Shown piece after piece: positions 58,897 through 64,000 of a stretch of 64,000 bases of DNA (its first letter is position 1; each line of letters starts with the position of its first letter). Made by a program: the position numbers and the translations under genes. The stretch spans positions 386,530-450,529 of the forward strand of contig JAHCIT010000002.1 of NCBI GenBank assembly GCA_026129095.1, given 5' to 3'. The notes beneath the pieces are model-generated. The model had not been told where the DNA came from. It did not search any database and saw only the letters and a list, made by a program, of their open reading frames with translations. This DNA comes from Deltaproteobacteria bacterium (lineage in GTDB: Bacteria; JAGRBM01; JAHCIT01).

Positions 58897-60000
58897 ATGG
58901 CCCGCCAGCTTGCCTTTCCCGCCGGCTATCACGCTTATCTGGAACAAACATTTTCCCCTGCCACGAGGCGGCTGGCTCCAGCGATCAGGGCCCTATCAGA
59001 CCATTACGTTGGCAAGACCGGCGCCGTCCACCTGCCCGCCGTCCTGTGGACTGAGGCCTATGCGGCCTATTACGGGCCCGTGAATGCCCTCAAGTTGAGT
59101 GCCATTGCTGACGAACTTCGCTTGCGGCTTCCCGGCTGGCCCAGCCAAAAGCGGCTTCGTGTCCTGGATATCGGCGCAGGTCCGGGATCGGCGACGCTGG
59201 GGATTGCGCTCGCCCTGCCAGATTTTGGGCTGGATGCACTCTGGCTGGACAACAATCCCAGCTGGAACGAAAGTCCGCTCATCGAACCGCTCATCAAAAG
59301 CGGACACCTTACCGTCCGCCGTCAGCCCGGTGATTTCCAGTCCGTTCAGCCTCCCGCTGGTCTCTTTGATATTGTGGTGATGGCCAATACGCTGGTGGAA
59401 CTGGAGGGTCCGGTTTCCGGTCTGGCCGCACGGTTTGGCCAGTGGATTTCCCAAACACTCGCACCGGACGGGGTTGCCGTCATTGTCGAACCGGCACTGA
59501 AAGCCCCTACCCGGAATCTGCATGAACTCCGTTCGCACCTGCTCAGGCCATCATCAGGGTTCTCATGGCGGATCGCCGGACCCTGTCCCCACGAAAAGGC
59601 GTGCCCGATGCTGGAGACTGACCGGGACTGGTGCCACGAAACCCGCGACTGGCTGCAGCCCGCTTACCATCACCAGATCGACCAGCTTGCCGGGTTAAGA
59701 AAGGATGCGCTGAGGTATTCCTGGCTCGCGCTCACGCACATTGTTGCTGCCGTCCTTCCGGAACCCGCAGGACGTGTGGTTAGCGAGATCCGGCGCGAAA
59801 AGGGCCGGACCCGGTTTGTCACCTGCGGGACGGACGGCAGGCTCTCAGAATGGCAGGCGCTCGAGCGGGTGATACGCACCACACCAGAACTGGCGGAAAC
59901 GATGAAAACCCTTGAGCGCGGCCACCTGGTGAAACTTCCCGGTTTGGACGGGGGGAGATTGTCCCCCGGCAACAGCTTCGGTAGGCTTCCCTCAACCTAG
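58897..60000 (+). CDS. Rsm22-like SAM-dependent methyltransferase with Cys-rich (Zn/Fe-S) insert
   Basis: SAM motif I VLDIGAGPGSAT. The Cys cluster CPHEKACP…WCHE is typical of the Rsm22/COG5459 family. Confidence 0.65.
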   Translation: MARQLAFPAGYHAYLEQTFSPATRRLAPAIRALSDHYVGKTGAVHLPAVLWTEAYAAYYGPVNALKLSAIADELRLRLPGWPSQKRLRVLDIGAGPGSATLGIALALPDFGLDALWLDNNPSWNESPLIEPLIKSGHLTVRRQPGDFQSVQPPAGLFDIVVMANTLVELEGPVSGLAARFGQWISQTLAPDGVAVIVEPALKAPTRNLHELRSHLLRPSSGFSWRIAGPCPHEKACPMLETDRDWCHETRDWLQPAYHHQIDQLAGLRKDALRYSWLALTHIVAAVLPEPAGRVVSEIRREKGRTRFVTCGTDGRLSEWQALERVIRTTPELAETMKTLERGHLVKLPGLDGGRLSPGNSFGRLPST

Positions 60001-60007
60001 ACGCCGC

Positions 60008-62293
60008 ATGCAGGAACGGATTTACAAGAACTTCTCCTGGCTGGCCTTGCTCACGCTGGGCATCGCCTCAGTCGTGATCTATCTGCCGGCCATCAGCGCG
60101 CCGCTGGTCTTTGATGACCAGTTCACCATCATCACTAATGAAGGCCTGGCGCAGTGGGACTACTGGCTCCATTACAGCTGGCTGCATCTTCTCAACAATC
60201 TCGACACGGTTTTTGCGAAAAACATCTTCCGGCCGGTTTTGTTCATTTCACTGGCCCTGAACCAGTCCCTCCTGGGCCAGTCTCCCGAAGGTTTCCGGGC
60301 AATCAATCTTGTCATCCATGCCATCAACACGATCCTGGTTTTCGTCGTGGTCCGGCGCGGCTTTGAAGGCATCCGCTTTAGCCCCGTCAGTCCGGCCTGG
60401 ACGCCAATACTCGCAGCCGCCTTTGTAGCGGCCACCTTCGCGGCTCACCCGGTCCAGTCCGAACCCGTCATTTACATCAGCGCCCGGTCCAGCTCTCTCT
60501 CACTGATGTTCATGCTGATCGCCTGGTTATTGATCGAACGGGTGCTTGTCCGTGAAGCCACGGGACAGACCGGTCTTCTCAGGACCATTTTCCGCTACGC
60601 GGCAGCCGTGCTCTGCACGGGAGTAGCGGTTCTCTCGAAGGAAAGCGCAGTCATTCTTCCGGTCATTCTTTTTATCTATGACCGGTGGATCATTACGCCA
60701 CAAACCATTGCGGCAACAGACGAACCCGATGTTCGCGCCCGGTCGCTCCGCCAGTCGATTCTGTTCGTGAGCCCATTCGCCATCGTGGCCATCCTGTTCG
60801 CCGCCTTCCGGCTGTCCGTGCTCGGCGTTACGGAAGCGCTCGAAGTCAGGCCGGGCGATTTCCACCTGCTTGCCACGAACCTGAAGGCATACTGGCACTA
60901 TTTCTGGCTGTGGCTCGCACCGATCAGCCTTTCGATCGACCACGATTTTGTGTATGAACACTCACTGCTCAACTGGCGCTCGCTGGTTGCCGCCGCAGGG
61001 CTCTTTCTGTTTCTCTGGTGGGCATGGAGGCGGCGGCAATCGGCTCCCCTCACCGCCTTCGCCGTTATGGGCGCCATCATATCGCTGATGCCAACGACTG
61101 GCATTACTCCGCTTCAGGATATTCTGGTTGAAAACCGGATGTACGGCGGGACCATATTCATCGCCCTGATCGTGCTCCAGATGATTCGTTTCTTCTGGGA
61201 TGTGGGCGAAACCCGCGCACGCGTTTGGACAGTAGCCGCTGCCATCGCCGTTCTGTCCCTGTGGATCTGGCGCATCGAAGTCCGAATGAGGGACTGGAAC
61301 TCGGCACTCACCCTGTGGGAAGCCACTTCCCGTGTCTCGGGTACAAAGTCCCGTGTTCACTACAACCTGGGGGTAGCCTATCTGGATGCCGGCAGGGACG
61401 AAAAGGCCATGGAGGAGTTCTCCCGGGCTATCGAGCTCGATCCAAACAATGACAGTGCCCGGCTCAACCTGGCGACGCTGGCTATCTCTGTCGCATTCAA
61501 GATGACCCTCTGGGATGAACGCTCGGTCAAGCGCATGGAGCACTACCTCCAGCTCGCACGGACGGAGCTCAGATATCTGGCCGACCGGGGATACAAGCGT
61601 CCGGAGGCTTTCTACAATCTCGCCGACTCTTACCGGCTGGAGAACCAGCCCCGCGAAGCGCTCTATTTTGCGCTGGAGGCGGTAAGGGCTGACCCGGAGC
61701 GAGGACCAAGCTATGACCTGCTGGGCCGGATTTACGAGATGTATGCGATCGATCCCGAAGTCATTCGCGAATACGACCCCGGCCGGTGGAAAAGCCGGAA
61801 GGACTGGCTGAATGAAAAGGAACGGCTCACTGCCGAGTATCACAAGTATTATGATCAGGCTTTTGATGCCTACACACAGGCGCTTGAGCTCGGAGTTCCC
61901 AACCGCGTTGAGGTGATGAAGCTCCAGGCCAGGGCAAAGCTCCGGGCTGGCGATCCCGAAGAAGCCGAACGGCTCATGTACGGCGTCATCAATGAATCGG
62001 CCGATGATCCCCGGTCCCACTTCATGATGGGCACCATTCTGGACGCCAGAAACCGTACACATCTGGCCAGGGACTACTACCGGACAGCCATACAGATAGA
62101 TCCGACGTTTGCAGACGCACATTTCAGACTTGCCAGGCTGCTGGAGAAGGAGCGGGACTACGCGGGGGCCGAAGCTCATTACCGGAATGCCCAGAATTTC
62201 GATAGCCGTTACCAGAAAGCCTGGTTCGAGTTCCAGAAACTCCTCACCACTGCAGAAATCGACATTACGCCGCGGTTCCGGCCGCCCCGTTAA
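60008..62293 (+). CDS. TMTC/PMT_2-like polytopic membrane protein with C-terminal TPR array (GT-C-fold glycosyltransferase-like)
   Basis: ~11 TM helices in the first ~430 aa (DUF1736/PMT_2-like), then 6+ TPR units (VHYNLGVAYLDAGRDEKAMEEFSRAIELDPNN…). Confidence 0.7.
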   Translation: MQERIYKNFSWLALLTLGIASVVIYLPAISAPLVFDDQFTIITNEGLAQWDYWLHYSWLHLLNNLDTVFAKNIFRPVLFISLALNQSLLGQSPEGFRAINLVIHAINTILVFVVVRRGFEGIRFSPVSPAWTPILAAAFVAATFAAHPVQSEPVIYISARSSSLSLMFMLIAWLLIERVLVREATGQTGLLRTIFRYAAAVLCTGVAVLSKESAVILPVILFIYDRWIITPQTIAATDEPDVRARSLRQSILFVSPFAIVAILFAAFRLSVLGVTEALEVRPGDFHLLATNLKAYWHYFWLWLAPISLSIDHDFVYEHSLLNWRSLVAAAGLFLFLWWAWRRRQSAPLTAFAVMGAIISLMPTTGITPLQDILVENRMYGGTIFIALIVLQMIRFFWDVGETRARVWTVAAAIAVLSLWIWRIEVRMRDWNSALTLWEATSRVSGTKSRVHYNLGVAYLDAGRDEKAMEEFSRAIELDPNNDSARLNLATLAISVAFKMTLWDERSVKRMEHYLQLARTELRYLADRGYKRPEAFYNLADSYRLENQPREALYFALEAVRADPERGPSYDLLGRIYEMYAIDPEVIREYDPGRWKSRKDWLNEKERLTAEYHKYYDQAFDAYTQALELGVPNRVEVMKLQARAKLRAGDPEEAERLMYGVINESADDPRSHFMMGTILDARNRTHLARDYYRTAIQIDPTFADAHFRLARLLEKERDYAGAEAHYRNAQNFDSRYQKAWFEFQKLLTTAEIDITPRFRPPR

Positions 62294-62382
62294 TGAGGCT
62301 TCATCCCCTTTACAAAGGTTTTTTGCGAACGGAATTTGAATCACGTTCCTTGCCGCCAGCGGCCAACTACAATGGCTACTGA

Positions 62383-64000
62383 ATGACTCCGATTATCCAC
62401 CGCCCGGTACTGCTCACCTTACTTGCGCTCACTGTCTGGCTGCTTGCCGTACCGGCACAAGCCCAGTCCTTCAATCCGGAAACCGACGACGCATTCGCGC
62501 CGCTGATGGTGGGCGGATTTCCCTCGCGCTGGTTCTCTGATGGCGAAACGGTCTACTGGTCATCCAACGGTTCCGATAATGTTACCAACGAGAGCTACGT
62601 TGCCGCAGTTACCAACGCTATTGCCGCCTGGAATAACGCGATGGCAGCCAAGGGGATCAATTTCGCCCTGACCGCCGAGAGCTGGACGCCCGTTCTGCCC
62701 GATACGACCGGGACCAGTCCCCATACCGATTCCCCTCTCGTCGAAGCTCCGAGCTGCCTGTTCCGGGCGTATAGTTCGGCCGGGAACTACGTGTGTTACA
62801 CACGGGATTCCGCCGGTCGCGTCACATCGCAAACACCGTGTGACCGCGAGGACGCAACCCAGATCTGTTCACTGTTTGTGAAATGGAACATTAGCGGCGA
62901 CCCTGACAATCCCGATTCGGTCCAACCTGTCAGAGACGCCAGCGGCTTCATCCAGCCGCTTGGCAACGGACGGAACGAGATCTTTTTCGAGGAAACCGAC
63001 TATGCGGCCGCTGTCGCCGATTTCGCAGCTGATCCGGAATCAACACTGGCCCTTACAGTGACCCGGGCGCTCGTCGGCGGGTTCAATTTTGCCCAGATCG
63101 TTGAAGCCGACATCATCCTGAACGGACACCGCATCTGTACAACCTGCGGAACTGTGAAGGAGTACCAGACCCATAGCTGGAGCACCAGTTTCCTGCGCGG
63201 AAACGAAGCCAACTGCGTAGTGAAGGGATCTTCGGTTTCCGACGATGGTAACGTGCCATCGACTGCCAACCCCGCTACTCCAGACAATCCGGGACCGCTC
63301 TGTTATGTTGGCCCAGGGACCCCGGATGCCCAGCTGTACAGCTTTGACATACAGAATGTCCTTACCCACGAGCTGGGGCATCTTATCGGTTTTGGCCATC
63401 CGTGCGACGATGTAACTGCCAGCCAGCGTGCAGCCTGCCGGCATACCGGACAGGATCCGCGTACGGTCGGCAGCAGCTATATCGACAAGGTCTCCACAAC
63501 CACGATGTTCTGGGCCGCCTTCGGACGCCAGAACACCAAGCGTTCACTCGACCAAGGGGATTTGAACGGCCTTTCAAAGGTATTTGGCTCAATCATCCCT
63601 GCTGACGGACAGGCTGGCGGCGGCGGGGGAGGCGGTTGCAGCGCTGGCGACGGAATGCCGCTGGCGGGTTTTGTGGTTGTACTGGTTGTTGCCGTTATAC
63701 TGCGTTACCGCCGCTTATACCCCCTGCTTGCGACCTCGCTTGTCGTGGCCGCCACCCTGCCAGCGGCGGCTTCCTCGGTTATTCCGCTGACATTGGAACA
63801 GATGTCTGCCCGCGCCGAACTGATTGTCGAAGGCATCGTGAGCGAAGACCGGGTTCGTGTGGGTTCGCAGGGTGGTGTAAGCACGGAATACCATATTGAA
63901 ATACTCGATGTCCTCACCGGTCTTCCGCCGCCGGAACTCTGGGTGGCCGTCCCCGGAGGCCGCGTGGCGGACATGGATGTCCAGGTTTCAGGTGCACCAA
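62383..64000 (+). CDS. secreted zinc metalloprotease, metzincin-type (HExxHxxGxxH), 3' partial
   Basis: Signal peptide MTPIIHRPVLLTLLALTVWLLAVPAQA. HELGHLIGFGH zinc-binding motif at 63367-63399 in the same frame. The frame stays open to the window end; it was not in the ORF track because there is no stop. Confidence 0.65.
   Translation, partial: MTPIIHRPVLLTLLALTVWLLAVPAQAQSFNPETDDAFAPLMVGGFPSRWFSDGETVYWSSNGSDNVTNESYVAAVTNAIAAWNNAMAAKGINFALTAESWTPVLPDTTGTSPHTDSPLVEAPSCLFRAYSSAGNYVCYTRDSAGRVTSQTPCDREDATQICSLFVKWNISGDPDNPDSVQPVRDASGFIQPLGNGRNEIFFEETDYAAAVADFAADPESTLALTVTRALVGGFNFAQIVEADIILNGHRICTTCGTVKEYQTHSWSTSFLRGNEANCVVKGSSVSDDGNVPSTANPATPDNPGPLCYVGPGTPDAQLYSFDIQNVLTHELGHLIGFGHPCDDVTASQRAACRHTGQDPRTVGSSYIDKVSTTTMFWAAFGRQNTKRSLDQGDLNGLSKVFGSIIPADGQAGGGGGGGCSAGDGMPLAGFVVVLVVAVILRYRRLYPLLATSLVVAATLPAAASSVIPLTLEQMSARAELIVEGIVSEDRVRVGSQGGVSTEYHIEILDVLTGLPPPELWVAVPGGRVADMDVQVSGAP

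Noticed and set aside
1-64000. Search for CRISPR repeats, IS elements, integrases, tRNA/rRNA genes
   Set aside because: No regularly spaced direct repeats, no transposase/integrase-like ORFs and no rRNA- or tRNA-like structures were seen by eye. Their absence is therefore reported, not a feature.

Overview
64 kb window from a high-GC (~64-65%) bacterial chromosome. It is densely coded on both strands, mostly core metabolism with interspersed envelope and signalling loci. I found no rRNA, tRNA, CRISPR array, transposase or integrase. The lipoprotein signals, sigma-54 regulator, PilZ/MCP genes and a MYXO-CTERM-like motif suggest a Deltaproteobacteria/Myxococcota-like organism (inference).

Recognisable content, in order:
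- a patatin-like lipase;
- a GAF histidine kinase followed by carbamoyltransferase, MurJ/Wzx-like flippase and GT4 glycosyltransferase;
- a periplasmic-sensor HK and sigma-54 response regulator operon;
- acyl-CoA dehydrogenases;
- a VWA(CoxE-like) protein;
- pfkA;
- a frameshifted OprO/P-type porin;
- a complete sulfate ABC transporter (sbp-cysTWA);
- a MoxR AAA ATPase;
- a queF-TPR-hypothetical-YfhO-like cluster;
- ppk1;
- a tandem ACAD pair;
- rimO;
- a cluster of three PilZ proteins plus an MCP;
- a 1247-aa surface lipoprotein with cadherin-like repeats and a Pmp-like beta-helix;
- a translationally coupled carboxyltransferase/queE operon;
- pepA, type-II-like GAPDH, rhodanese, a ferritin-like diiron protein, fni, sppA, gltX, an Rsm22-like methyltransferase and a TMTC-like TPR membrane protein;
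- a partial secreted metzincin.

Most notable candidates:
- the PilZx3+MCP module;
- the HK-linked carbamoyl-glycoconjugate module;
- a poly-A-interrupted porin;
- a 28-aa poly-lysine microprotein;
- an exported MarR-like protein next to a sigma-54-like promoter.

All functional calls rest on motif recognition from translated ORFs, not database searches.
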